64,000 bases of DNA. Source: an uncultured Nitrospinota bacterium. Its GTDB lineage: Bacteria > Tectomicrobia > Entotheonellia > J063 > CAVPRW01. The DNA lies in NCBI GenBank assembly GCA_963707985.1, contig CAVPRW010000011.1:32001-96000 (forward strand), read 5' to 3'. The translations under genes were made by a program, and so were the position numbers. Below the pieces are notes generated by a model. That model saw only the letters and a program-made list of their open reading frames with translations, was not told where the DNA came from and made no database searches. Numbering within the stretch: the stretch's first letter is position 1; each line of letters starts with the position of its first letter. Positions 53,748 to 64,000 of this stretch are shown in pieces.

Positions 53748-55595
53748 TCAGTGAGGGAAGCTATCTTCCCTGTTGAGATCCTCGGTCAAGTCGGTGATGC
53801 GTGCCGCCAGAACGTCTGTGACGTCCAGGGATGCAGTTTCCATGGCCACCACCGAGATCACTCGAACATTGGCTTGCTGCGTGCCGGCCTGGATGTCCTG
53901 TAGCAACCTGGTGCGACACCATTCGGCAATAATGCGTACCAGTCTCACACCAGCCCCAGCATCCTCCAGTGGCTGCTGCACCACCCAACCCAGCACCGGG
54001 AACCAGAAATCGGTGCCGCGCACGGTCTCTTGCCTGAGCAGAGCGCTGAGCACCGACTGCCGTGTGGCAATCCCAAGCTGCTGGCAAACCAGGTCGTCGA
54101 CGCGTTGGACCGTGTCCAGCTTCGCAGGGATCTGGAAAGACCTGTGCAGAAATATTTCCTGCTCGCGCGTGTTGTTCCGGAGATGTTGACTCGCCATAGC
54201 CGGAAATTCGGTCACCCGGCAGCCTGCCGTACCGAACGCTATGGCCTGATAGATGCACCGGTCTTTCAAAGTGTAAAACTCATGTTGAGCGGTTGATAAC
54301 TCCGCCCGCTGACTACGCCGGTCCAGCAGTAAATTGACCATGCCCGGTATCTCAAGCCGCTTCGGTGCAATCGTTTGCCAGCTCGCATAATGAGTCCACG
54401 CAGCAGCCTGGCCATGCTGATGCTGATGCAATGCCACTACCGGATCGAGCCGCTCGGCGGCGGCGAAGACACTGTGCAGCCAGGCCAGTGCTGCCCTGTC
54501 GGTATTGGCCCTGACCAGAACAGGCTCGGGAGCCTGTTGCCAGTGCCGATGAAAAAAGTGTTCTACATCGTGGAGATGGGCCAAACCCTGGGGTATTTGT
54601 GCGGCATCGCCAGCGCCGATCAGCACGACTTTGCCGGGGAAATAGCAGGTGTGTGGCGGATATTCCGGAAAACCGGAGTGGCTGGCAGCATGCAGTTCGA
54701 CCGTCCAGCCGTCACTGGCCAGACGACGACCATGGTAGGCAATCGTCCCCCAGGGAAGGGCACAGATCCGATCATCGTCCGTGAGCAGACGGACACGCAG
54801 TGGATAGCGCGTCGGATCGGCCCTGGGAAGGCTGCCGAACGCTGCCCCCAGGATTTCGCCGCTTTGCCGCACATCGCTTCCGAACAGTAGCTGGAACAGA
54901 TCTTCCCCATCAATGGTATGGCCGGGATAGTGGGACAACATTTCAGGGGTAGGGCAGTCGAGCGCAGGACGTGCAAAATCGGGCGCCTGAGGTAACGAAA
55001 ACCGGTGTTCCCAATAGTCTCGGCGGGCATGGAACATTATGGCCAGTTCGAAGCGTGGGCCGGTTCGGCGCGGCGGCCCGGCCGGTATCGGATCAAGCCA
55101 TTGCGTGACCCGCTCGGCAAGTCGAGCATAAATTGCGGCCCTTTGGCCCTGATCGAGAGTATCGAGCGGCTGTCTTGGATTATGCGCACCAAGGTATGCC
55201 TCCAAGTCTACGGTGCGATGCTGGCCGTCCACTTCAAGCGTAACATTGAAGGCGCCGCTGGGGATCGCGGTGACATACAGAGAGGCGAGCCTGAGCGCTT
55301 TTGCTTCAGCCTGTTGCACCAGATACGGCAGTTCGTGTTGTCGAATGTACTCCGAGGTGAAGAAACGATTGCTCACCAGGAGAATGCCAATGCTCGATTC
55401 CGCGAGCCCCTGCTGGATTTCGGGGTGAAACCTGTCGCCAATGTCAATTTTTTGGTCATCCAACCAGAGATTGCTGGCTATCCTGGGCACAGCCTTCAGC
55501 ACCGGCAACAGTTCGTCCAGAAATGACTTATCGCTATGGCTGTAGCTCATAAAGACTTTGTGTCGCTGCATGGGGGGTTTCCCTGACCTTACCAC
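53748..55595 (-). CDS. TIR-domain multidomain protein (possibly truncated or internally deleted)
   Basis: FMSYSHSD..LWLDD..IGD..SEYIRQHEL TIR domain, then CHAT-like (LPW) and STAND-like (LLLDRRSQ) segments. Confidence 0.75.
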   Translation of the reverse strand: MVRSGKPPMQRHKVFMSYSHSDKSFLDELLPVLKAVPRIASNLWLDDQKIDIGDRFHPEIQQGLAESSIGILLVSNRFFTSEYIRQHELPYLVQQAEAKALRLASLYVTAIPSGAFNVTLEVDGQHRTVDLEAYLGAHNPRQPLDTLDQGQRAAIYARLAERVTQWLDPIPAGPPRRTGPRFELAIMFHARRDYWEHRFSLPQAPDFARPALDCPTPEMLSHYPGHTIDGEDLFQLLFGSDVRQSGEILGAAFGSLPRADPTRYPLRVRLLTDDDRICALPWGTIAYHGRRLASDGWTVELHAASHSGFPEYPPHTCYFPGKVVLIGAGDAAQIPQGLAHLHDVEHFFHRHWQQAPEPVLVRANTDRAALAWLHSVFAAAERLDPVVALHQHQHGQAAAWTHYASWQTIAPKRLEIPGMVNLLLDRRSQRAELSTAQHEFYTLKDRCIYQAIAFGTAGCRVTEFPAMASQHLRNNTREQEIFLHRSFQIPAKLDTVQRVDDLVCQQLGIATRQSVLSALLRQETVRGTDFWFPVLGWVVQQPLEDAGAGVRLVRIIAEWCRTRLLQDIQAGTQQANVRVISVVAMETASLDVTDVLAARITDLTEDLNREDSFPH

Positions 55596-55735
55596 CTGTA
55601 CTTCGTCGGCTGAACATCGCCTGCTTGGCTACGTACACCGCCAGGACGGCACTTCCGTGACATGCTCTGATGATGGCGCGAGCCGCTATAGGTCAGAAGA
55701 ACGGAACAACCTCGGACGACAACGCATTGTCTGGC

Positions 55736-56384
55736 CTAGAAGCCCAGCTCCCAGATGTTCTGCAACTCAAGCACAAATCCTGGCAGGACAGTTTCCCCCG
55801 AAATTGCGATAGGATTGTCCAAACGCTCAACCGGTTGGTTCGGACGATACACGTATATGGCTCGGTTAGCGGCATCGACAAGCCAGCCCAAGCGTGCGCC
55901 ATTGTCGAGGTATTCTTGCATTTTCGCCTGGACAGTGCTCAGGCGGTCCGATGGCGAGCGGATCTCCACCACGAAGTCGGGGCAGAGTGGTAGAAATTTT
56001 TGTTTCTGTTCGGGGGATAAGGGGGCCAGACGTGAGCGCAACACCCAGGCAGACGTCGGGGGCACGCATGGCACCGTTGGGCAACAAATAACCCGCGGAC
56101 GATCCGGTGGTAACGCCGGTACCATCATGCCAGGCCCACTGCGTTAACAACGTCACAAGAGTGATGGTGCGATTCCCTGTCTCCCATCCCTCAGGCGCCA
56201 TGATCACCAAATCCCCCTCGGCTGTCCGCTCGATCCACAGCTCCTGATTGATCTGGCACAACTCAAACAATTGGTCATCGGTAAGCTTGATGACCGGCCG
56301 CAAATGCAAGAGAAATCTATCGGGCTCAACCTGATTGATCACCTTGGTTGTAGCTGCGTTTTTTGATGTGATTTCTGCAGACAT
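55736..56384 (-). CDS. Uma2 family endonuclease (+1 frameshift near 56050)
   Basis: ERTAEGDLVIMAP, LPNGAMRAPD, CPDFVVEIRSPSD, LGWLVD, LPGF. Confidence 0.9.
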
Positions 56385-56924
56385 CTCCACGGTCTCCATA
56401 AAGGCCCACACCATGCTTCAAAGCGCGGGGGGGTGGAGAAGATTTCGGCTCCTTGGGCGTGTGCGCGCAAGTGTAGCGAGCGTTGCTCGATGTGTCAATG
56501 TAACTCCTCGAATGGTCAAGAGATGAACCCGCTACCATCCTTCTTCTCCCTATTGTTTCAGCTTGGCTCACAGCAGGAGATGATACCCAAACTAACCTGA
56601 AGGTAAAGCATTACGACAACACTGCTTTTTCAACTCTGTACGAGAAATAGTAGCGCCGAAGACAGCATGCCCCCATTGTTTTTACGGGACAAAGTCGGTA
56701 TAGCAGAGGAGACAGGATTGTTGGTCAATCCCTTGGGTACGCAGCGAGTGAGACTTGATGTCCAAACAGCGATCACTCCAACAGCCCCCCTGAGTGCCCT
56801 CCATGATCTGCTGCCAGACATCTATTTCAGCTATTTCAGCAAGCCGTCAATGCCTCGCTATACTATTCAGGTTCGACCATGTATGCTGCGGACTTCTGAA
56901 AGGAACGGCTAGGCGATCTGTTTG

Positions 56925-58518
56925 ATGCGGACTGTGGCACTGCTCGTGGGCGTGGTCCTGCTCTCCGGGGGAATCGCCGGAGCCTGGAAGGTGACTGTCA
57001 ATGGTCGCCCGACGAGTGATATGGATAACGCGGCGTCAGTGGGGGTAGATTCACATACCGGCAGTATATTTGTTGCAGGTCGTCGTCAGGTGTCCTCCGA
57101 CCTATCGCAATTTCTTGTTGTGAAATTTGCTTCGGACGGTAGAAGAATATGGCAAGAGGTCGTCGAAGGCTCCGCGGACGTTGGTGTGAGGGCTGGTGCC
57201 GCAACGGTGGCAGTCGATTCCAAGGGCTTCGTGTTTGTGGAGGGCACGATTGGCAATAGGGATTCCGCGGCCGACTTCGTGATCATGAAAATCGACGGCC
57301 GGAGCCCGCGAAAACGCGTACTCTGGACACGGGTGGTCAACGGATTCGGATTCGATGACAGCGTGAACGCGATGGTGCTCACACCCGATGGCGGAGTGGC
57401 GGTAGGTGGACTTGTGAGCATCGCCAGTGGAGCGCACAATTTCTATCTGAACGATTGGAGGGTGAATGGTGCGGACATCGGCACATCCCTGAGCATCGCT
57501 TCCAACGGTGACATTGTTGCCGGGGGCACGACTGCCCAAGCTGACTTTTCAGTCTTCAGATTCAGCGGGACAGGCATTCCTTTGTGGCAGACAATCATCG
57601 ATCGGGGGGTTTCTGGCGCGCTTCGCACGGTCGCTATTAGCGTCCATGGCGATATTATCGCTGGTGGGACTCTGAGGCCGGCCTCGGGCCCCCATAACTC
57701 TGCATTTTTCGTTGCCTGCCTTGCTGCAGACGGACATGAACGCTGGCGCTATGAGAGCCCTCGCATGGCCTCCTTTCTTGAGGCACGCGCCATAGCGTTT
57801 GACGATCGCGGCAACCCTGTCGTCACCGGGTGGACGCAGGAGAACCCGGCGGCGCTCAGCACCTTTTCGGTGATCGCTTTCAACAAAGATACGGGCGGTG
57901 TTGTGGAACATGCCGATCATAGGGACCGCACCCTTCACGAACGCAGGGAATGCTGTTGTAGTGCTCCCCCAGACTGACGCGGCGATAGCCGTCGGTGTGA
58001 CGCAGAACGACCGTTCGTCGTTCGATATGACGGTGGCCAGTATTACAGCAGGACATGAGGACTGGCGGCAGGTCATTACCGGCCGCGGAAAGCGTGTTGA
58101 TCGCGATGATGCAGTCCTTGCTATGAGCATCGATCCGCGGCGGAAGACCGTTGGCTTGGCGGGCTATGCCCAGATCACAGCTGCTGGTCTACTGGGAACG
58201 CCACACGAATTCAGGGTCGTGAAGATTGGACACAACGGTATCATCGCCTGGAAGTATGATCTTGACGATCAGTCCCTGCATCTCGACAATGCCGCGTTGG
58301 CCCTCACAGTTGATATGAGCGGTGATTTCTTTGCGGCTGGCGTAATCACCGAGAACCCCACTGGGCCGGATAGGTTTGCCGTCGGATTGGATGTCGACGG
58401 CGGCGGCCTCGCGTGTGGTTCACGAGCGCGGAATGTGGCCTCTCGTTCGATGGTGCTGTCACATGTGCTTGACGAGAGCATGGGGAGGCCTGCTAAGTTG
58501 TTGATGCGGGAGCCGTAG
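56925..58518 (+). CDS. Secreted beta-propeller repeat protein (frameshift near 57900; possibly decayed)
   Basis: Signal peptide; repeated 'DxxG.i.v.G...F.v.k...G...W' units across two ORFs. Confidence 0.6.
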
Positions 58519-58607
58519 ATGCGGATACACGCTTGACCCAGCCTGCCGCTTCCGGCTACCATGATGCACGCGAACACTAAGTGTCCTCACCAACAGAGGA
58601 GGAGGTC

Positions 58608-59849
58608 ATGGCGAGCACGTCTACTACACAACAGACCTATAACGTCGGCGGCGTGATGCTGCAGCAGCCCTTCAAGATCCGCCGGCTGGGCCATTTCGGT
58701 TTCAACGTCGCCAACATGGAGCAGGCGGTACACTTCTATCGCGATCTCCTGGGGTTCAGGGTCTCAGATATCCTGGACTTTAAGCAGCTCCCGCACATGC
58801 GCGATGCGCTGCAGCATGTCGAAGACGGTCGGGGATACTTCTTCCATCATGGCCATGACCATCACACCTTCGTGCTGTTCCCCAAGCAGGTGATGGATGC
58901 ATTCATGGCGGCCGGTGGCGGCGGCGGTGGCGGCGGTCAGGTGACGATCAACCAGATCACCTGGCAGACCGGTTCGCTGGCCGAAGTCGTACACGGTGCG
59001 CACTTCTTCCGAGACAGGGGAATCCCCATCCAGCGGGTCGGACGCGACATGCCGGGAAGCAACTGGCATGTCTACCCCAAAGACCCCGATGGCCATGTCA
59101 ACGAGCTCTATTACGGCATCGAGCAGATCGGCTGGCTCGGACGCAGCAAGCCACAGGCGATGTATTACCGCAAGTTCAGTGAAGAGCCCTCCCTGCCCCA
59201 GATGTCGGAGGAGGCGGAGGTCGAGGAGGCGGTCCAAAAGGGCATCGATATCTACTCGGGCTTTCGCGACGAACCGACCCTTCCCGCCAGATACGATGTG
59301 GAAGGGGTGATGCTCGCCCGTCCCTTCGCCATCACCAAGATCGGCCCGGTCGGCCTGTTCGTACAGGACCTGCAGGCCGCCCTGGACTTCTACGTCGACA
59401 GCCTGGGATTCAAGCTCACCGAGGAGGGGGCATATCGCGGCTATCGGTTAGCCTTCCTCAGGCATGGCGCCGAGCATCACAGCCTGGCCCTGTTCCCCAG
59501 GGAACTGCGGCTGGAACTGGGGTGCAGCCCGCACACGACCTCAGCGTCGTTTGGGATCGAGGTCGGGAGCTACAGCCAGTTACGTCATGCGGTCGCCTTC
59601 CTGAAAGAACAGGGCGTGACCTTCAAGGAACTGCCGTCGGAGCTTCATCCAGGGGTCGATTATGCGGCCTACGCCGAGGACCCCGATGGGCATCTTATCC
59701 AGCTGTATTATTACATGGAGCAGCTGGGATGGGACGGCAAGCCGCGGCCACAGGAGCTGAGAAGGCAGGTCAGTCGGGACTGGCCGGAGACGCTGGAGCC
59801 CCTATCGGATACGTATATGGACCAGGTCTACCAGGGTCCATTAGGGTAA
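58608..59849 (+). CDS. Two-domain VOC (extradiol dioxygenase-like) protein
   Basis: LGHFG, HDHH, DPDGHVNELYY; second copy EHHS, DPDGHLIQLYY. Confidence 0.88.
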   Translation: MASTSTTQQTYNVGGVMLQQPFKIRRLGHFGFNVANMEQAVHFYRDLLGFRVSDILDFKQLPHMRDALQHVEDGRGYFFHHGHDHHTFVLFPKQVMDAFMAAGGGGGGGGQVTINQITWQTGSLAEVVHGAHFFRDRGIPIQRVGRDMPGSNWHVYPKDPDGHVNELYYGIEQIGWLGRSKPQAMYYRKFSEEPSLPQMSEEAEVEEAVQKGIDIYSGFRDEPTLPARYDVEGVMLARPFAITKIGPVGLFVQDLQAALDFYVDSLGFKLTEEGAYRGYRLAFLRHGAEHHSLALFPRELRLELGCSPHTTSASFGIEVGSYSQLRHAVAFLKEQGVTFKELPSELHPGVDYAAYAEDPDGHLIQLYYYMEQLGWDGKPRPQELRRQVSRDWPETLEPLSDTYMDQVYQGPLG

Positions 59850-59886
59850 GACAGTTGTCGTGCATATCTCGAATAAGGAGACAACC

Positions 59887-60960
59887 ATGGCTATTACCCT
59901 GTCGCACGGCGGACCGACGATTTATCGCTCTGCTGCGCCTTCCAAGCACGTGTTGGTCGGCACCATTCAAGGAGTGGTGTGCATCGAGCGTGACCCCAAT
60001 GGCCCGGGCTGGCATGTAGCCTCCCGCTCGTTGACCGATAAGCATATCCATGCCCTCCTCATCGAGCCCGATAGCGGCACGATCTTCGCGGGGGCGAATC
60101 ACGGCTCGATGTTCGCCAGCAGCGATGACGGCCACACCTGGGAGCCCAGAGACACGGGTCTGACGGAGCATGACGTCTATAGCCTCGCCTGCACCCGAGT
60201 GAACGGTGGCACACGTGTGTTTGCCGGAACGGAACCGGCGCACCTGTTCTATAGCGACGATCTGGGCCGCAACTGGAGTGAGCTTCCGGCCCTACGATCG
60301 GTGGATATGTCGAAATGGGGCTTTCCAGCCCCGCCGCATATCGCCCATACCAAACACATCAACTTCCACCCGAGCGAGCCTCATACGCTGTTGATCGGCA
60401 TCGAGCAGGGCGGCCTGCTGAAGAGCACCGATGATGGCCGCACGTTCCAAGTGGTCCACGGGATGGATGATGACGTGCATCGCATCGTGGTCAATCCGCT
60501 GAATCCTGACCAGATCCATATCACCACGGGCGTCGGCATGTACGTGACCGCCGATGGCGGCAAGACCTGGGAGCAATGGACCGATCTGCAGCACGAGATC
60601 GGGGGCTATCCCGACCTCCTGGTGCAGCATCCGCGCCAGCCACAGCTGATGTTCGTGGCGTCGGCCCGCAAGGGTCCAGGTGCCTGGTTTCAGGAGCATT
60701 ATGCGGGTTCGCGTATCTCGATGAGCAGCGACGGCGGCAAGACCTGGCAAGCGGTGCGCCAAGGCTTTCCCGATCGGCTGCGGACGGCCTTCGAGGCCAT
60801 GTGCCTGGAAGACTGGGGGGAATCCTTTTCCCTCCTGGCGGCAACGGCCACCGGTGAGGTGTGGTGCAGCGATGACGGCGGCGAGCATTGGACTGAAGTG
60901 ATCAGTGGTCTGGCGCCGGTCTCCAAGGGGAATCATTACGCCGCCTTCGCGACAGCGTGA
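59887..60960 (+). CDS. BNR/Asp-box beta-propeller protein
   Basis: Repeated SxDxGxTW motifs; GTEPAHL and PPHIAH. Confidence 0.85.
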   Translation: MAITLSHGGPTIYRSAAPSKHVLVGTIQGVVCIERDPNGPGWHVASRSLTDKHIHALLIEPDSGTIFAGANHGSMFASSDDGHTWEPRDTGLTEHDVYSLACTRVNGGTRVFAGTEPAHLFYSDDLGRNWSELPALRSVDMSKWGFPAPPHIAHTKHINFHPSEPHTLLIGIEQGGLLKSTDDGRTFQVVHGMDDDVHRIVVNPLNPDQIHITTGVGMYVTADGGKTWEQWTDLQHEIGGYPDLLVQHPRQPQLMFVASARKGPGAWFQEHYAGSRISMSSDGGKTWQAVRQGFPDRLRTAFEAMCLEDWGESFSLLAATATGEVWCSDDGGEHWTEVISGLAPVSKGNHYAAFATA

Positions 60961-61138
60961 GGGCTCGCCCGATGCGCCTGGGTGTCAGGTCAAGCGACGC
61001 ACTCAGGCAGCATAGGGAGATTCTCTCTTGCACCCGGCATTGCCCAGCCGACTGCAGTGGAGTATAGTAGCGGCTATTCGGGAGCCCATATCGGTTGTCG
61101 ATCAATACAATGTCACACGTCTCTAGGGAGGGGATATC

Positions 61139-61594
61139 ATGGTAAAGCCGAAGCGCATAGGACACCTGGTGCTCAACGTGAAGGACGTGGAGGCTTCCAC
61201 CAAGTTCTATACTGAGATTTTGGGATTTGAGGTCTCGCTGCAGCGCCCAGATGGCTCAGGAACCTTTCTGACCTGTGGCAAGATCCATCATGATCTGGCG
61301 CTGTTCAAAGCCCCAGAAGACGCGGCTCCAGTGACGCCCGGCAGCCTCGGTCTGAATCATTTCGCCGTTCAGGTGGAAGACCTGGACGCACTCAAGGAGG
61401 TGTATCATACCCTCCAGGAGCAAGGTGTTCCTATCCAACGGACCACTGATCACACCATGACCAAGAGCGTCTATTTCCATGATCCCGACGGCAACCGCAT
61501 CGAGTTCTTCTGCAACAGCTTCGAGACGGCCGCAGAAGGCTTAGCCGAGATGAGTCGCCCCGGCCGGAAGAACGCGGCGCTGGTGTTGGACTAG
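61139..61594 (+). CDS. VOC family protein
   Basis: IGHLVL, HHDLAL, NHFA, YFHDPDGNRIE. Confidence 0.9.
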   Translation: MVKPKRIGHLVLNVKDVEASTKFYTEILGFEVSLQRPDGSGTFLTCGKIHHDLALFKAPEDAAPVTPGSLGLNHFAVQVEDLDALKEVYHTLQEQGVPIQRTTDHTMTKSVYFHDPDGNRIEFFCNSFETAAEGLAEMSRPGRKNAALVLD

Positions 61595-62059
61595 CAGGTA
61601 CTTCCTGGCCCAGGCGACATGTCCGTGCTGGGCCAGGCAGTACCCTGCCTGCTCGTGTGAGGCATGGGCCGAGCAGCACGCACGCGATACCGTCGGCGCC
61701 ACCAATCCCGCGCCACATACTGCTGGACTCAGGGCTAAGTTAAGGGGCTGTCGAAGTTTGGAAATGGATCAGCACTTGTGGTCTATGCCGGTCCTCGCCC
61801 CTAACTGTAGGTTCCCCGCCTTTATCATCGAGCATCTAGCCAACCGCACCGCAGTTTGATCGACAAGTTACCAGCACATCAACGCGGGATGAAACGACGG
61901 CCTCAACATCGACGCGCCAATAAAGAAAGCAATCCACGCATCACTTAATGTCGAGGGCCTCATGAACTCCGTGGGTTGCACTCGCAGGGGCACCGCAAGC
62001 TTAACGATCAATTTGGCCATAGTCGGGGGCCAATGGTGAACCCCAGAGAGGAGGCACCG

Positions 62060-63856
62060 ATGAGCCTGGACAAACCGCAATATGTTTCTGACCTGGTTGT
62101 GTACCTGCTTCACGAGCTGGGCGTCGAGTATGCCACACTGAATCCAGGTGCCACGACGCGTGGGCTGCATGAATCGCTAGTGACATACGGGGGTAACAAA
62201 GCGCCCGAAGTGATCACCTGCTGTCACGAAGAGATCGCCGTGGCCATGGCTGAGGGCTATTATCTGGCCACAGGCCGGCCCCAGGCCACCCTGGTGCACA
62301 ACATCGTGGGCCTGCAGCATGCCAGCAAAGCCATCTACGAAGCCTGGTTGAATAACGTGCCGATGCTCATTCTTGGCGGCACCGGGCCACTGGATGCCAG
62401 CCATCGGCGTCCCTGGATCGACTGGATTCACACGGCGCAGGTGCAAGGCCAGCTGGTCAGGGATTACGTCAAGTGGGATGACCAACCACAGGGAGCCTTG
62501 AGCGCCGCCGAATCCGTCCTTAGAGCCTATCAGATCGCCATGACCGACCCCAAAGGTCCGGTCTACCTCTGCTTCGATGTCGAGCTACAGGAGAGCCCAC
62601 TACCCGAGGATTTTCAGCTCCCCGATCTGACGCGGTACCGCCCTCCGGCTCCTCCTGCGGGCAACGCTGAGGCCATCGCCACAGCGGCGCAAGCACTTCT
62701 GGAAGCAGAGTGGCCCGTGTTGGTGGTCGAAGGGCTGGGCCGGACATCGGGTGGAACCGAGGCGCTGCAATCCCTAGCCGAGCTGCTGGGCATCCCTGTG
62801 CTCGAACAGGGCGCGGCTTTCAACCTCCCCAATCGTCATCCTCTGAATCTCACCGGTGCCAACATGGAAGTGCTCAAGGATGCAGACCTGGTCGTCAGCA
62901 TCGACGTTCGGGACATCGAAGCGGTCCTGAAGCGACCGGTGTCTGAGCCCGGAATCGTGCCTGATGGCTTACCGAGGACACCCAGTGGCTACAACCGACG
63001 CTACGAAAGTCTGACCTCGGCGGGGACCAAGTTCGCGCGTATCGGCGTGGCCGATTATGGCGTCAAGAGCTGGCCCAGCAGCTATGGCCGGCTCTACCCC
63101 GCGGATGTAGCCATACTGGGAGAGGCGACACAAGTCCTTCGAGAGTTGACGCGTCTATGTCGGGAAGGCATGACGGGCGCGGTACAGAGCCGGGCAGCGG
63201 CCAGATCGGCGCGCGCCGCGAAGATTCACAGCAGCACCTATGAGCGCTTTCAAAAGGACCTCCAAGAGCGCTGGTGGGAACAGAAGCCCACCGCGACCGC
63301 CCGGTTGGCCGCGGAGGTCTGGGAAGCCATCAAAGGTGAGAACTGGGTCTTAGCCCATGGCTCGCTGAGCGGCTGGGAGCGGCGGTTGTGGGAGATCACC
63401 GAGGCCTCGCGGTGCGTCGCCGGTGGAGGGGGGACCGGTACGGGCATGGGAGTGGCACTGGGGGTAGCGCTGGCGTTCAGAGGCACAGGCAACGTCTGCG
63501 TCAGCATCCAGAACGACGGCGATCTGCTCTATACGCCAGGCTCGCTGTGGACCGCGGCTGCCCACGATATCCCCATGCTGGTAGTGATGTTCAACAACCG
63601 ATCCTATTATCAGGACGTCGGGCATCAGACCGCCATCACCAAAATACGCCAACGTCCTCTGGATCATGTAGGAGTGGGGGTCAATCTGGATCGTCCCGCC
63701 ACCGATTTCGCCATGTTAGCCAGGAGCTTTAACCTTTATGGTGACGGCCCCATCCTCGACGTCGAGGCAATCCGCCCGGCCTTGGCACGTGGGCTCAAGG
63801 TGGTGAAGGAGGAGAGGAGGCTCGCTCTCATCGACACCATCACGCAGGCTCGGTGA
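62060..63856 (+). CDS. Thiamine diphosphate-dependent enzyme
   Basis: NPG, HEE.AVAMAEGY, NDGD...NN ThDP motif. Confidence 0.9.
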   Translation: MSLDKPQYVSDLVVYLLHELGVEYATLNPGATTRGLHESLVTYGGNKAPEVITCCHEEIAVAMAEGYYLATGRPQATLVHNIVGLQHASKAIYEAWLNNVPMLILGGTGPLDASHRRPWIDWIHTAQVQGQLVRDYVKWDDQPQGALSAAESVLRAYQIAMTDPKGPVYLCFDVELQESPLPEDFQLPDLTRYRPPAPPAGNAEAIATAAQALLEAEWPVLVVEGLGRTSGGTEALQSLAELLGIPVLEQGAAFNLPNRHPLNLTGANMEVLKDADLVVSIDVRDIEAVLKRPVSEPGIVPDGLPRTPSGYNRRYESLTSAGTKFARIGVADYGVKSWPSSYGRLYPADVAILGEATQVLRELTRLCREGMTGAVQSRAAARSARAAKIHSSTYERFQKDLQERWWEQKPTATARLAAEVWEAIKGENWVLAHGSLSGWERRLWEITEASRCVAGGGGTGTGMGVALGVALAFRGTGNVCVSIQNDGDLLYTPGSLWTAAAHDIPMLVVMFNNRSYYQDVGHQTAITKIRQRPLDHVGVGVNLDRPATDFAMLARSFNLYGDGPILDVEAIRPALARGLKVVKEERRLALIDTITQAR

Positions 63857-64000
63857 CGCGGAACACAGCGTATTGGGTAGTGCTCGCCTCTCAAGATTGA
63901 GATTGTCGAGAAACGCCCGCGCCTGGGCAAACTGCACATGATCGCTAGCCCCTTCAGCGCGCAGGGCCAGCAGGGCTTCATACAAGTTGACCGCTCTGGC

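Noticed and set aside
9427..57980. Frameshifts in glyA, purL, ispH/ubiA, amidohydrolase, DUF3309, lipoprotein, Uma2 and the propeller gene as programmed frameshifting or pseudogenisation
   Set aside because: All resolve as single-base insertions, several in short homopolymers and in essential genes, with no slippery motifs. Insertion-biased sequencing error is more likely; read mapping would settle it.
58912..58937. Gly8 GGC/GGT tract in the VOC gene as a phase-variable repeat
   Set aside because: Mixed codons and in frame; most likely a flexible loop.
63857..64000. Possible 3' end of a minus-strand gene at the window edge
   Set aside because: Too short, no recognisable motif, and the frame overlaps the ThDP gene.

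Overview
A GC-rich bacterial chromosome segment. Its gene families resemble Ca. Tectomicrobia/Entotheonella-like or deltaproteobacterial genomes (inference only). It has four parts. (1) 1-22.5 kb is a general-stress/glycogen-type island: GT4, malQ remnant, PRC-barrel, DUF1232, DUF3309, DUF1328, YihY, AI-2E and an Rv2004c-like gene. It also carries a hybrid kinase, an ATPase-degenerate PAS kinase, an NtrC-type activator and about seven sigma-54 promoter motifs. (2) 22.8-45.6 kb holds amidohydrolases, glnS, two cytochromes c and a housekeeping run (cof-glyA-purL-purQ-purB-dcd-ispH/ubiA-serS-argS-trpG). (3) 45.8-53.7 kb is a complete integron: an N-terminally extended IntI, a putative attI, a 132-bp gene-less self-complementary first unit, an SDR cassette and two toxin-antitoxin cassettes. 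The SDR cassette attC is split by an IS1111-type IS110 element, and a DD82E IS630/Tc1-like transposon follows the last attC. (4) 53.7-64 kb has TIR, Uma2 and beta-propeller genes plus a VOC/BNR/ThDP catabolic cluster. The top leads are an IS110 copy apparently saturated with A:T->C:G transversions without indels, the gene-less rod-like cassette, and a putative attC-guided bridge RNA. Many +1 frameshifts in essential genes look like sequencing errors. All family calls are from motif recognition, not database searches.
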